Shown: positions 9,982 through 19,445 of the stretch, piece by piece | Layout: the number at the start of each line of letters is the position of its first letter | Position numbering within the stretch: the first letter of the stretch is position 1 | DNA from: an uncultured Fibrobacteria bacterium | GTDB taxonomy: Bacteria > Fibrobacterota > Fibrobacteria > UBA11236 | Direction of reading: 5' to 3' | Assembly: GCA_963716395.1 (NCBI GenBank) | Contig: OY970309.1 | Coordinates: 3,232,001 to 3,296,000 of the forward strand | Length of the DNA stretch: 64,000 bases | Program-made: the position numbers and the translations under genes | Notes under the pieces: model-generated | Told to the model about the DNA's origin: nothing | Seen by the model: only the letters and a program-made list of their open reading frames with translations | Databases searched by the model: none

Positions 9982-10789
9982 TGAAAATCGCTTTACACAA
10001 TTTTTGGCATTAACAACCGCATTAATTGCTTCGGAAATATGCAGCGACAGTAAAAAAATTGATATTCTTTTCAGGAGATGTATGAGAATTGATTCTCAAG
10101 ATGGATACAAATATGACAGGCTATTACTTTTATTAGGCAAAAAACAGGTAAAATGATACGAAATGGGACTTTGGAACAAGCTTGGTATAAAAGCGGACAA
10201 TTAAAATGGGCCGAGTATATAATGGAGTTTGGCTGCCCAACTGATACGGATTTCAGATTTTATGAGAATGGAAATAATAGAGGAAATTACTCCGTATGTT
10301 TCTTGTAAAAGTAAAGGGACTTTCCCAAAGCTTCGATTCAACTGGCGGGTTGCTTTTCGAAGGCGAATTCAAAAACGGTGATCAAATTGGGTTGCAAAAG
10401 GAATTCTGGCGCAAAGGCGTATTGAAAGATGAATCGTTTTACAACGATTCCCAAACTCGGGTGGATTGGGAAAAATCGTGGTATATCAGCGGAAAATTAA
10501 GGCGAAGATATGAAAATTAGTGGTGAGATAAAAGAAATCAAGAAATTACGCCCCGAACGGAAAACTGGTTCAGCAGACCCGCGCCAAAGCGGCAGATGGG
10601 AATCTGATTGCAGGAGAAAGTTTCGATCCCGACGGAAAACCCACGGGCAAGGTGACGCAGGGCAACGGCTCGCTGACCACCATTGGTTTCAACGATTCGA
10701 CCCTGGTCATGTATTCGAAGTACAGCTATAACTACAAAGACGGGTGGCCGGGGAAGATGAAACAACTATTCCCGCTGCCGCCGAAATGA
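9978..10789 (+). pseudogene. MORN-repeat immunity gene copy 3; frameshifted
   Basis: 5' half resembles copy 2 (atgatgaaaatcgct...), the middle resembles copy 1 (GDQIGLQKEFWRKGVLKDES), and the conserved 3' end is present. Confidence 0.75.
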
Positions 10790-10833
10790 ACTACCTCGCA
10801 GTCCGCCTCATGCGGACGGGGCATTAGACCGGA
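10786..10833 (-). mobile_element. Short palindromic element resembling a solo IS200/IS605-family end (copy A)
   Basis: + strand atgaactacctcgcagtccgcctcatgcggacggggcattagaccgga. Inner stem gtccgc/gcggac and outer stem cctcg/cgggg. The minus strand ends GGTAGTTCAT. Confidence 0.5.
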
Positions 10834-10951
10834 ATTTGGAGGTATTGTCGCCGAATCCGCATTTGAATTGTTTGACGGGTGGATATCGATGAAATATGCG
10901 GTGACTATTATTGAAAAGAAGGAGTTCGAACCTTGGGAATTTTCAAAGTAA
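10832..10951 (+). pseudogene. Start-less ORF tail, probable orphan C-terminus of an unrelated effector
   Basis: EFGGIVAESAFELFDGWISMKYAVTIIEKKEFEPWEFSK*. It begins where homology to 13483-13530 ends and stops 2 nt before the ATG at 10954. Confidence 0.45.
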
Positions 10952-10953
10952 AT

Positions 10954-11820
10954 ATGAATCCAAATTATGGTTGGCAAATATTAATACTGGGAGCGATCCC
11001 ATTTGGAATTTTCGCTTCCGTGGCGTTCTTTTTTTTAGGCAATGCTTTTACGACTTGGCGAAAGACGGCGAATGGAATTCGATCTCTCGAAAACCCCTCC
11101 GAGACGGACAGTGCGATTGTCACCGCCGTTCAGGGTCGGTATCGCATTTATTATGCAAATGCGAAAACATATACGAAATCTTGGGCCTATCTGGAATTAA
11201 AAGGGGAATACACGTATGAATCAAAGAAGTATTATGAATATTTCCCAATCGCCTACCTGCGAAAATACTTGTCGGTTTCGGAAGGTTCCGATAAGGGGCA
11301 ATTTGAACATGTAAACGGTGTAGCTGTAATGAAAACTTTTGGGAAAATCTCCGACTGGAGAATTTTCCCATACTATAAGCTCGTTGTCTCCAATAAAGAG
11401 GGTTTGACGAACGACAACAATGTCAATGCATTTTTGCGAGACATTGACACTACTTCGGCTTTAAATATTCCGCAACCTATTTTGAAAATTTACTTCCTGA
11501 AAAAAGACCCAAATTTTACAGATGTTAGAACTAATGCGCTGCCCGTAAAGAAAACTTTAAGGAATATTTTCGTGCTGTTTCCAATCTGGTTAATATTGGC
11601 TTATCCTTTCGTGTTTTGTCTACCCTTCAACGGGTTTAGAAAAAATCTACTCGCGGCGGGTTTTTATTTTCTTCTAATTTACCTAACCTTGCCGATTCTG
11701 AATAAAACGGTTGATTTGGTTTTTAATCGAAGCCGATCATCTGTGAATGGTGCGATGGAATATCAATTTGAAAATGGAAATCTTCGTCCAATCATGAAAG
11801 TTTCGGATAATGTCCAATAA
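10954..11820 (+). CDS. AT-rich hypothetical membrane protein (about 3 TM), candidate immunity protein
   Basis: One N-terminal and two C-terminal hydrophobic helices; ATG at 10954; markedly AT-rich. Confidence 0.7.
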   Translation: MNPNYGWQILILGAIPFGIFASVAFFFLGNAFTTWRKTANGIRSLENPSETDSAIVTAVQGRYRIYYANAKTYTKSWAYLELKGEYTYESKKYYEYFPIAYLRKYLSVSEGSDKGQFEHVNGVAVMKTFGKISDWRIFPYYKLVVSNKEGLTNDNNVNAFLRDIDTTSALNIPQPILKIYFLKKDPNFTDVRTNALPVKKTLRNIFVLFPIWLILAYPFVFCLPFNGFRKNLLAAGFYFLLIYLTLPILNKTVDLVFNRSRSSVNGAMEYQFENGNLRPIMKVSDNVQ

Positions 11821-12580
11821 AACCTTTTACGAAATCTGGGTCCAAGCCCCGGACATCGCATTTTCAGTATTCGTGAACGGGATTGGTTTGCATACGGATC
11901 GATTCCAAGGCTCTTCGGAATGGCGCCAAAGCGTCAATCAGTGGGTGGTGAAAGGTGAAAACAACTGTGCAATCAAGTTTTATGCCGGGCCGAACCAAGA
12001 AGCGCTTGGGCCCGATACCAGTTGTAAGGTAGAAGTCCGTGAGCTCGTGTCAGGCCAATCCGAAAAAAGACTAATAATATCCCGCGAGTGGAAATACGAA
12101 GAAGGGATGCAATGGCCGCAAAGCATTGAATTCACCTTTCCCCTCTTTCCCCCGTTTTCGGCGGATTGGGAATGGACACACGCCGATGTATTGCATGAAG
12201 AGAACTTCAAAGATCCGGGCTTGAAACCCATGGTGGGGAAATTGCACGAAGCCCTGGCGACCAAAGACTATCCGTCCTTAAAGTCTTTTTTGGCAACCAA
12301 AGCAGGTGAACTTGCTTTGGCTTATCAAATTCCATTGGAAAAACGACTCCAGGATCAGGAAGAATTTTTCTCCGACTTTTTCAAAGATCCGCACTGGGGA
12401 ATGCAGCCAATTGATTGGGATAAGGTGATCTATGATGTTCATGCGCAGGGCCGCGTTCTTGAAATCATGTCCGAAGCGGGAAAGCCGTTATTGGCGTCGA
12501 CGGAACTTTCCGGTGATTCAAATTTTCTCTTGAGCCTCTATCTATTCCGCTCACAAGGTGTTTGGAAGCTCGCACGATGA
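11810..12580 (+). CDS. Hypothetical cytoplasmic protein (256 aa), candidate immunity/accessory protein
   Basis: Clean ORF overlapping the upstream stop. Beta-rich N-half (SVFVNG...VNQWVVKGEN) and helical C-half; no signal peptide. Confidence 0.7.
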   Translation: MSNKTFYEIWVQAPDIAFSVFVNGIGLHTDRFQGSSEWRQSVNQWVVKGENNCAIKFYAGPNQEALGPDTSCKVEVRELVSGQSEKRLIISREWKYEEGMQWPQSIEFTFPLFPPFSADWEWTHADVLHEENFKDPGLKPMVGKLHEALATKDYPSLKSFLATKAGELALAYQIPLEKRLQDQEEFFSDFFKDPHWGMQPIDWDKVIYDVHAQGRVLEIMSEAGKPLLASTELSGDSNFLLSLYLFRSQGVWKLAR

Positions 12581-12695
12581 TTTGAAAAAAAGATCACTGG
12601 AAGCTGGAGCAAAACTGTTACTTAACTTCGGAACAAGCAAAAAATATCCTCTGGATTTAAAAGACTTATTCAATAATCATAATCTTTTAATATGA
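12576..12695 (+). pseudogene. Orphan last 39 codons of the toxin (same tail type as the main gene)
   Basis: DDLKKRSLEAGAKLLLNFGTSKKYPLDLKDLFNNHNLLI*. Matches 6746-6875, and its TGA overlaps the ATG at 12692. Confidence 0.75.
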
Positions 12696-13486
12696 AACAT
12701 ATTATAGCGATATATTTTATTTGTATCTCAATGCTGAATGCATCGGAATCTTGCCGAGACAGTACAAAATCTGATAGCCTTTTTCGTGTCTGTAACAGCA
12801 TTAATCTTGATGATGGGTCCAAATCGTTGGACCATTTTTTTATTACCAAGAATGGGAAACGTATACGACATGGGACTTCAATGGATTGGTATAAAAATGG
12901 AAAAATTGGAGCAATAATAAAATACCGACTCGGTTGTACGATTGATACGGTTTTCGGCTTCTATTCTAATGGCAACAAAGAAGAAATTACACCGTATGCC
13001 GCCTGTCAAAGGCATGGCCTAAGTCAACGCTTCGATTCAACCGGCGGATTGCTTTTTGAGGGCGAATTCAAAGACGGGAAAAAAGTCGGCTTGCAAAAAG
13101 AATTCTGGCGTAAAGGCGTACCCAAACATGAAATGTTTTATGATAGCTCAACTTTTAAGGCTAACGAGGAAAAGTCCTGGTACATCAACGGCAAATTGAG
13201 CGAAGAAATAAGCATCGAAAACGGCATCGAAGAAACAAGAGATTACGCCCCAAACGGAAAACTGGTTCAGCACACCCACGCCAAAGCGGCAGATGGGAAT
13301 CTGATTACTGGCGAAAGTTTCGATCCCGACGGAAAACCCACGGGCAAGGTGACGCAGGGCAACGGCTCGCTGACCACCATTGGTTTCAACGATTCGACCC
13401 TGGTCATGTATTCGAAGTACAGCTATAACTACAAAGACGGGTGGCCGGGGAAGATGAAACAAATATTCCCGCCGCCGCCGAAATGA
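12692..13486 (+). CDS. MORN-repeat (YwqK-like) putative immunity protein copy 4, with signal peptide
   Basis: MKHIIAIYFICISMLNAS start, MORN-like repeats, and a 3' half nearly identical to copy 2. Confidence 0.8.
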   Translation: MKHIIAIYFICISMLNASESCRDSTKSDSLFRVCNSINLDDGSKSLDHFFITKNGKRIRHGTSMDWYKNGKIGAIIKYRLGCTIDTVFGFYSNGNKEEITPYAACQRHGLSQRFDSTGGLLFEGEFKDGKKVGLQKEFWRKGVPKHEMFYDSSTFKANEEKSWYINGKLSEEISIENGIEETRDYAPNGKLVQHTHAKAADGNLITGESFDPDGKPTGKVTQGNGSLTTIGFNDSTLVMYSKYSYNYKDGWPGKMKQIFPPPPK

Positions 13487-13530
13487 ACTACCTCGCAGTC
13501 CGTCTCATGCGGACGGGGCATTAGTCCGGA
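13483..13530 (-). mobile_element. IS200/IS605-end-like palindromic element (copy B)
   Basis: Differs from 10786-10833 at only two positions and marks the right edge of the accessory array. Confidence 0.5.
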
Positions 13531-13584
13531 GGGTGAATGAACGACGCCGTCGGACGTCGGTTCGGCTCGGGCGATAAGACTCGA

Positions 13585-15447
13585 TTATTCGAATGACCTG
13601 AAGTCCTTGTCTCCCTCCCCTTTCCGATATTCCTTCCATCCCCCGAAAACCGTGATGTCTTGCCCCAATTCCGCCGCATGGGCCTCGCACAGAAAACCCA
13701 CCGCTTTTTCGCCGTCTTCCAATTCCACGGTGCCGAGGCAAAGCGGTTCTTTGACTTGCCGCAAAAATATTCCCAAGGCCGCATCGCTCAACTCCCAAAC
13801 CTCCACGGCGATGGCCGCCCCGCCGCTGTGGCGGCGCAACAATCCGGGAAAAAGTTTTTCCCCGCTTCGCAGCGCATACAAGCGGTAAACCGGCGCCGTA
13901 CGGCAAGCGCGCACCAAGGTGGCGCCCAATTCCAGCAATTGAGAATTCAAAGGTTGGCCGGACAAATGCAATCCGGCCACCACCACATGCGATCCGGTGG
14001 TTTGAGTTGGACGCGCCAGCGGCGCCGGAACCGGATGAAAAGACTTGCCCATGGGCAGACCTTGCGCCGCATGCAGGTGCGCGCCCAAAATCGCCAGCTT
14101 TTCGTCGTGAAAAGCCGGCGCCATCAAGGTGACCCCGAAAGCCAATCCCCTGGATGTGAATCCGGCCGGCAGGGCCAGGGCGCAGAGATCCAGCAGGTTC
14201 GCGAAATTGGTGTAACGTCCGAGTTGCGTATTGCAACCCAGCGGATCGGCTTCGACCTCGGCCAGGGTAAATTGCTTGGGAGCCGTGGGCAGCAGCAAAC
14301 AAGCCACCGATGCGAAGATCGACTCGGTCTTGCGCCGCAGGGTGCGCAACCGATAATAAGCGCGATATACCTCGCCCGCGCGGAACAAGCCCCCTTGGGC
14401 CAAGACCTGGCGCAACACCGGCAGCACATCTTTGGGATGGGCCGTAACGAATTCCCCGAAGGCAACCCGGCGTTCTTCAATCCACGGGCCTTGATACAGC
14501 ATTCGCGCCGCTTCGGCCAAGGGTTCGAAGTCTATCTCGCGCGCTGTGCCCCCGAGTTTTTCCAGCGCGCCTTTGGCATGGCCGAATAACTCTCCGTATT
14601 CGCCGTCGGGCCAGGCCGCTGGCGGCGGGATGCCGAAAGTGAAGGACCCGGGTAACTCCGAAGTTAAGTCCGGCGCAAGGGCAGTCGGGCCTGCGGGAGC
14701 GGCGCGGCTGAAGGGATCGTCGGCATCCCAGCCCTGCGCGACGCGCAGCACCGAGCGGGCATCGTCGGCATGCAACGCGAAGATCGACACGCAATCCAGG
14801 GATCGGCAGGCGGGAACCACGCCGCTGGTGCTGAGCAATCCGCGCGTGGGTTTGAGTCCCACGATATTGTTGAACGCCGCGGGCACGCGGCCCGATCCCG
14901 CGGTATCGGTGCCCAAGGCGAAAGACACCAGTCCCGCGGCCACGGCCACGGCCGAACCCGAACTGGAACCGCCGGGAATCCAGTCTTTGCCGAAAACGCA
15001 GGCGGGCACGCCGTAGGGTGAACGCGTGCCGACCAGGCCGGTGGCGAATTGATCCATATTGGTTTTGCCCAGGCAAACCGCTCCCGCGGCTTCGAGACGG
15101 CGCACCACCGGCGCCGAGACGGACGGATGGTAGGCAAAGGCCGGGCAACCCGCGGTGGTGGGTAAGTCCTCGACGTCGATATTGTCTTTGACCGCGAAAG
15201 GTATTCCGAACAGCGGGTAACGTTCGAGACCTCCGCCGGATTTCCAGGCGTTTTCCAATGCCAGCAAACGCAGACGCAAGTCTTCCTCGGAAACGCGTGT
15301 AATCCAAATGGCTGCGTCGGCATGGCGGTCGATGCGTGCGGCCAGGGCCGAAAATAAACGGCGCAAATCCAAGGCCCCTTCCGCGAGGCTTTGGTGCAAA
15401 GCGCCGATATCCAAACGTCCACTGTTTGGATCCCAGTCTTGAAGCAT
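13585..15447 (-). CDS. atzF: Allophanate hydrolase
   Basis: Amidase signature: PFAVKDNID, GGSSSGSA, LGTDTAGSGRVPA. C-terminal AH domain 'GLHLSGQPLN...EVW...LGTVELEDG'. Confidence 0.95.
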   Translation of the reverse strand: MLQDWDPNSGRLDIGALHQSLAEGALDLRRLFSALAARIDRHADAAIWITRVSEEDLRLRLLALENAWKSGGGLERYPLFGIPFAVKDNIDVEDLPTTAGCPAFAYHPSVSAPVVRRLEAAGAVCLGKTNMDQFATGLVGTRSPYGVPACVFGKDWIPGGSSSGSAVAVAAGLVSFALGTDTAGSGRVPAAFNNIVGLKPTRGLLSTSGVVPACRSLDCVSIFALHADDARSVLRVAQGWDADDPFSRAAPAGPTALAPDLTSELPGSFTFGIPPPAAWPDGEYGELFGHAKGALEKLGGTAREIDFEPLAEAARMLYQGPWIEERRVAFGEFVTAHPKDVLPVLRQVLAQGGLFRAGEVYRAYYRLRTLRRKTESIFASVACLLLPTAPKQFTLAEVEADPLGCNTQLGRYTNFANLLDLCALALPAGFTSRGLAFGVTLMAPAFHDEKLAILGAHLHAAQGLPMGKSFHPVPAPLARPTQTTGSHVVVAGLHLSGQPLNSQLLELGATLVRACRTAPVYRLYALRSGEKLFPGLLRRHSGGAAIAVEVWELSDAALGIFLRQVKEPLCLGTVELEDGEKAVGFLCEAHAAELGQDITVFGGWKEYRKGEGDKDFRSFE

Positions 15448-15629
15448 ATTGTCAAAATGAGCAATTAGTTCGCCACGGCAGTCTATTTACAAAGAAGCCG
15501 TTTCGCTACCGGAATGCTAAATCCTGTTTTCTTATTGAGACATTAGATGACACTTATTTTCCGATTACAGTTTTTTCGTCGGTCGCGGATAAATGTGAAC
15601 GGATTTGCATGCTTTAAATCGTCGGGAAA

Positions 15630-15646
15630 TTGGTACGGGTGTTGCG
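15630..15646 (+). promoter_or_regulatory. Sigma-54 (-24/-12) promoter
   Basis: TTGGTACGGGTGTTGCG gives GG-N10-GC with a TGGYAC-N5-TTGC consensus, ~35 bp upstream of the ATG at 15681; GAGGAG RBS follows. Confidence 0.75.
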
Positions 15647-15680
15647 TGAATGAATCCTTTTCAAATAAGAGGAGCATGCC

Positions 15681-16679
15681 ATGCACCGCAAGTTGACTCG
15701 GTTCAAAACCACGTTCACCGTTTCTCTGGCGTTATTATGCGCCGGGGTTTGTTCTTCGCGGCTCGAAGCTGCGCCGCTTAAAATCGCCTACAGCGATTGG
15801 CCGGGATGGGTGGCGTGGGATATTGGCGTGCAAAAGGGTTGGTTCAAGGAAGCGGGCGTCGACGTGGATTTCATCTGGTTCGAATACTCGCCTTCGATGG
15901 ATGCCTTCTCGGCCGGCAAGGTCGATGCCGTGGCCGTGACCAACGGTGATGAGATGGTGATGGGATCCACCGGCGCCAAGAGCAAAGCGATTTTGATCAA
16001 TGATTACAGCGACGGCAACGATATGATCGTGGCCAAGCCCGGCATCAATTCGGTGGCCGAACTCAAGGGCAAAAAGATCGGCGTCGAGGTCGGTCTGGTG
16101 GATCACCTGTTGCTGTTGAACGCCTTGCAGTCCGTGAAACTGAAAGACACCGATGTCACCTTGGTGAACATGCCCACCGACCAAACCGCGCAGGCCTTGA
16201 GCAGCGGGCAGGTTGACGCCATCGCCGCGTGGCAGCCCAACAGTGGCCAGGCTTTGATCGCGCTGCCGGGGTCCAAGGCCATTTTCACCAGCGCCAATGC
16301 GCCGGGCCTGATCTACGATGTGCTGGCCGTCAGCCCCAAATCGCTGGCCGAACACCGCGCCGACTGGAAAAAAGTGGTGAAGGTTTGGTTTCGCATCGCG
16401 GCCTTTGTGAAAGATCCCAAGAACCTGGCCGAAGCCAGCAAAATCATGAGCGCGCGCGTCAGCCTCAAACCCGAACAATACGCGGCCTTGATGAAGGGCA
16501 CGCACTATCTGGATAAAAAGGGCGACGTCGAGCATTTCAAAAAAGGCCCGGGGCTTAGTTCGATTTACGGTTCGGGGGATATCGTGAACACCTTCAATGT
16601 CGACAACAAGGTGTACAAGGAATCGCAAGACGTGGCTTCTTATCTCGACCCTTCTTTGGTCATGGAGTTGGCGAAGTAA
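15681..16679 (+). CDS. ABC transporter substrate-binding protein (urea-carboxylase-associated, SsuA/TauA-like; probably guanidine/urea)
   Basis: Signal peptide, [13 protein letters not shown] and DYSDGNDMI motifs; operon context. Confidence 0.9.
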   Translation: MHRKLTRFKTTFTVSLALLCAGVCSSRLEAAPLKIAYSDWPGWVAWDIGVQKGWFKEAGVDVDFIWFEYSPSMDAFSAGKVDAVAVTNGDEMVMGSTGAKSKAILINDYSDGNDMIVAKPGINSVAELKGKKIGVEVGLVDHLLLLNALQSVKLKDTDVTLVNMPTDQTAQALSSGQVDAIAAWQPNSGQALIALPGSKAIFTSANAPGLIYDVLAVSPKSLAEHRADWKKVVKVWFRIAAFVKDPKNLAEASKIMSARVSLKPEQYAALMKGTHYLDKKGDVEHFKKGPGLSSIYGSGDIVNTFNVDNKVYKESQDVASYLDPSLVMELAK

Positions 16680-16701
16680 TTCGCGTCAACCCGTTGCTCC
16701 C

Positions 16702-17817
16702 GTGTTTCACCCACCTCCGCGTCGGGAATCGGTGCGCCCGCAAGCCCGTACCGAGCGGGTGGCGGCGGATGAAACCGGTCCGATTGCGGCGCCGTGGTTT
16801 GCCTTGCGTCAGGATTTGCCCGGCCATCGCCGGGCGCTTCTCATGCTCCTGGCCTTTGTATTACCCCTCGGACTTTGGAGCGCGGTGAGTTATGTGCCAT
16901 TCATTTGGCATCCGCTGACACTGGTCCTCGATGCCGGCGACACCTCGGTACCGGGTGAATACAGTTATCTGGCCGACGGCATGCTGGTGGACCATCATGT
17001 CTTCAAAGCCCGCAACGCCGAATTGGTTGCCGCCGGCAAACCGCCGGCCCAAGGCGTTCCTCGCAATCCCATTTACCTGCCCGCACCGCTCAATGTGGTC
17101 AAAGCCTTTTACACCGCTTTTCGCACTCCGCCGGCGCGGGAGGGAGATTTTTGGTTGCATCAAAGTCTGTGGCATAGTTGCCAGGTGATTTTCTGGGGAT
17201 TTTTCTGGTCGGCCCTCTTCGGCGTGCCGCTGGGTATTTTATGTGGCAGCTTCGCCTTTTTCTCGCGGCTGTTCGAACCTTTCATCGATTTCATCCGCTA
17301 TATGCCCGCGCCGGTTTTCGGCGCCTTGGCCCTGGCGATTTGGGGCTTGGACGATGCCCCGAAAATCGCGGTGATCTTCATCGGAACGTTTTTCCAAATG
17401 GTGCTGGTGGTGGCGAACACCACCCGGCAGGTCGATGGCGCATTGATTGAAGCGGCCCAAACCTTGGGCTGCGGCCGCCGGCAAATGCTGCTGCACGTAG
17501 TGGTGCCGGGCGCTTTACCCGGCCTGTATCGCGATATGCGCATTCTCATCGGCTGGGCTTGGACTTATCTGGTGGTGGCCGAACTCATCGGCGCCAAATC
17601 CGGCATCAGCGCCTTTCTCTACCAGGCCCAGCGCTATAAGCAATTCGACAACGTGTATGCGGCCATGCTCATGATCGGCATCATCGGCCTCTCCATCGAT
17701 CAATTCCTGGCCTTGCTGGGACGGCATTTGTTCCCCTGGGAAAGCCGCAAGCCTTCGTTGAAAAGTCTGTTTCGGTTCCGGCGCCCCGTGCCCTCGCCCA
17801 CACCGGTCTCGGCATGA
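16702..17817 (+). CDS. ABC transporter permease (TauC/SsuC-like); start uncertain (GTG at 16702, 16732 or 16759)
   Basis: [11 protein letters not shown] loop LIEAAQTLG and [14 protein letters not shown]. Confidence 0.9.
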   Translation: MFHPPPRRESVRPQARTERVAADETGPIAAPWFALRQDLPGHRRALLMLLAFVLPLGLWSAVSYVPFIWHPLTLVLDAGDTSVPGEYSYLADGMLVDHHVFKARNAELVAAGKPPAQGVPRNPIYLPAPLNVVKAFYTAFRTPPAREGDFWLHQSLWHSCQVIFWGFFWSALFGVPLGILCGSFAFFSRLFEPFIDFIRYMPAPVFGALALAIWGLDDAPKIAVIFIGTFFQMVLVVANTTRQVDGALIEAAQTLGCGRRQMLLHVVVPGALPGLYRDMRILIGWAWTYLVVAELIGAKSGISAFLYQAQRYKQFDNVYAAMLMIGIIGLSIDQFLALLGRHLFPWESRKPSLKSLFRFRRPVPSPTPVSA

Positions 17818-18707
17818 ATCCGGAATTCGACCGCGAGTATCGCAACCAATCTCCGGCCGTAGCCGAGCGCTTTCGCCTGCTCCAAGAGCGGCCGGTGGTG
17901 TTGCGTGTCGAAGGTCTGGGCAAGCGTTTCGGCGAAGGTAACTCGGCGGTAACGGCCCTGGACGGAGTTGGATTTACCGTGCATCGCCGTGAATTCCTGT
18001 GCGTGGTCGGCGCCTCAGGTTGCGGCAAGTCGACCTTGGTGCGCATTTTGGCCGGCTTGGATCGCCCCACCTCCGGTCAAGTTTTGCTCGACGACAAAGC
18101 CGTCACCGGACCCGGGGCGGATCGCGGCATGGTGTTCCAGGCCTATACCCTGTTCCCGTGGCTGACCGTGCGTCAGAACGTGATGTTCGGACCCCGCATG
18201 CGCGGGGCAGGAAGTTTGACCGCCGGCGAAGAGGCCGATCAATGGATTGCGTTGGTGGGGCTCGACGCCTTTGCCGGAGCCTACCCCTATCAGCTTTCGG
18301 GCGGCATGAAACAGCGCGTGGCCATTGCCCGCGCGCTGGCCAATTCGCCCCGTATTTTGCTGATGGATGAGCCCTTCGGCGCCCTCGACGCGCAGACGCG
18401 CGCCCAGATGCAGCGCCACCTCCTGCATATCTGGAAAAACGCCGACGTCACCATCGTCTTCATCACCCATGATTTGGATGAGGCGATTTATCTTGCCGAT
18501 AGAATCCTGGTGCTCAAGCCGCGACCGGGACGGGTGGCCGAATTGATCGAAGTTCCGGTGCCGCGGCCGCGCACCCCTGAGCAATTCCTGACGCCGGAAT
18601 TTCTGGCCGTGCGCCGGCATCTCGAAGAATGGATTCATCCGCGCGGCGAAAAAGAAGAAGAACTGCCCCGCCTGCGTTTGACGCCGGTGGGCGATGACGT
18701 GGAGTGA
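17814..18707 (+). CDS. ABC transporter ATP-binding protein (TauB/SsuB-like)
   Basis: Walker [10 protein letters not shown], signature LSGGMKQR and Walker [12 protein letters not shown]. Confidence 0.95.
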   Translation: MNPEFDREYRNQSPAVAERFRLLQERPVVLRVEGLGKRFGEGNSAVTALDGVGFTVHRREFLCVVGASGCGKSTLVRILAGLDRPTSGQVLLDDKAVTGPGADRGMVFQAYTLFPWLTVRQNVMFGPRMRGAGSLTAGEEADQWIALVGLDAFAGAYPYQLSGGMKQRVAIARALANSPRILLMDEPFGALDAQTRAQMQRHLLHIWKNADVTIVFITHDLDEAIYLADRILVLKPRPGRVAELIEVPVPRPRTPEQFLTPEFLAVRRHLEEWIHPRGEKEEELPRLRLTPVGDDVE

Positions 18708-18711
18708 TTGG

Positions 18712-19422
18712 ATGGAAGAACTTTTATACGAAGACATCTTGCGCGGCGGCGCCATGGGATCGTGGGTGTTGCACCGCGGCACGACCTTGCGGCTCACCGA
18801 CGTGGAAGGCGGCGCCAATGTTTCGGCGCTGTTCTTCAACGCCGACATGCCGCTGGAGCGCTACAACATGCCCGACACCCTGAAGGCCCAGTTCATCGCC
18901 TTTCTCACCGCGGGCCGCGTCTTGTACTCCGACATGGGTCGCATTCTTTGCTCGTTGACCGCCGACACCTGCGGCTGGCATGACACCTTGTGCGGGGTGA
19001 TCGATGCCAAGCGCACGGTGGAAAAATTCGGGCCGACTTCGTACCAATCGCAACGCAACGGTTTTCACCGCAACGGCCGCGACAACTTTCTCATCGAAAT
19101 GAGCAAACATGGCTTGGGCCGCCGCGACCTGCACGCCAACATGAATTTCTTCAGCAAGGTCGTGACCGACGACGAAGGCAACCTGCATTATGTCACCGGC
19201 CACTCCGCGGCCGGCGCCTACGTCGATGTGCGCGCCGAGATGAATGTGCTGGCGGTGCTTTCTAATACGCCCCATCCCCTATCCCCGGCCGGAGCCTGGT
19301 CGCCGCCGGAGGTTCGCCTCAGCGTGCGCCCGACCCCGTTGCCGGGTCCGGACGATTTATGCCGCAACCGCCGGCCCGAAAACGGGCGCGGTTTCGTCAA
19401 CACCGAAGCCTTGTTCAAGTAG
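18712..19422 (+). CDS. cgdA: Urea carboxylase-associated DUF1989 protein (carboxyguanidine deiminase subunit A-like)
   Basis: [31 protein letters not shown] and SNTPHPL. Confidence 0.85.
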   Translation: MEELLYEDILRGGAMGSWVLHRGTTLRLTDVEGGANVSALFFNADMPLERYNMPDTLKAQFIAFLTAGRVLYSDMGRILCSLTADTCGWHDTLCGVIDAKRTVEKFGPTSYQSQRNGFHRNGRDNFLIEMSKHGLGRRDLHANMNFFSKVVTDDEGNLHYVTGHSAAGAYVDVRAEMNVLAVLSNTPHPLSPAGAWSPPEVRLSVRPTPLPGPDDLCRNRRPENGRGFVNTEALFK

Positions 19423-19445
19423 GACCTTGTTCTAGTAGGAGCATT

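Larger units (their letters stand above)
6147..10789 (+). repeat. Three tandem ~1.55-kb units (toxin C-terminal cassette + MORN immunity gene)
   Basis: cggatgcctgttttggagcgggcggtgcaatcgg begins at 6147, 7708 and 9236. A near-identical ~245-bp immunity 3' end occurs at ~7457-7701, ~8985-9229 and ~10545-10789, and again at ~13242-13486. Confidence 0.95.

Noticed and set aside
10786-10827. 13-aa micro-ORF MNYLAVRLMRTGH, repeated at 13483 with one synonymous change
   Set aside because: One substitution is not evidence of coding selection; it equally preserves the hairpin, and copy C does not keep the peptide.
6147-13486. Diversity-generating retroelement (TR/VR pairs)
   Set aside because: No reverse transcriptase in the window; differences between copies are block-wise and not restricted to adenines.
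15448-15680. Guanidine (ykkC, mini-ykkC, ykkC-III) riboswitch
   Set aside because: No matching conserved motifs or paired ACGR hairpins were found by eye, and the sigma-54 site leaves too short a leader. A covariance scan is needed to be certain.
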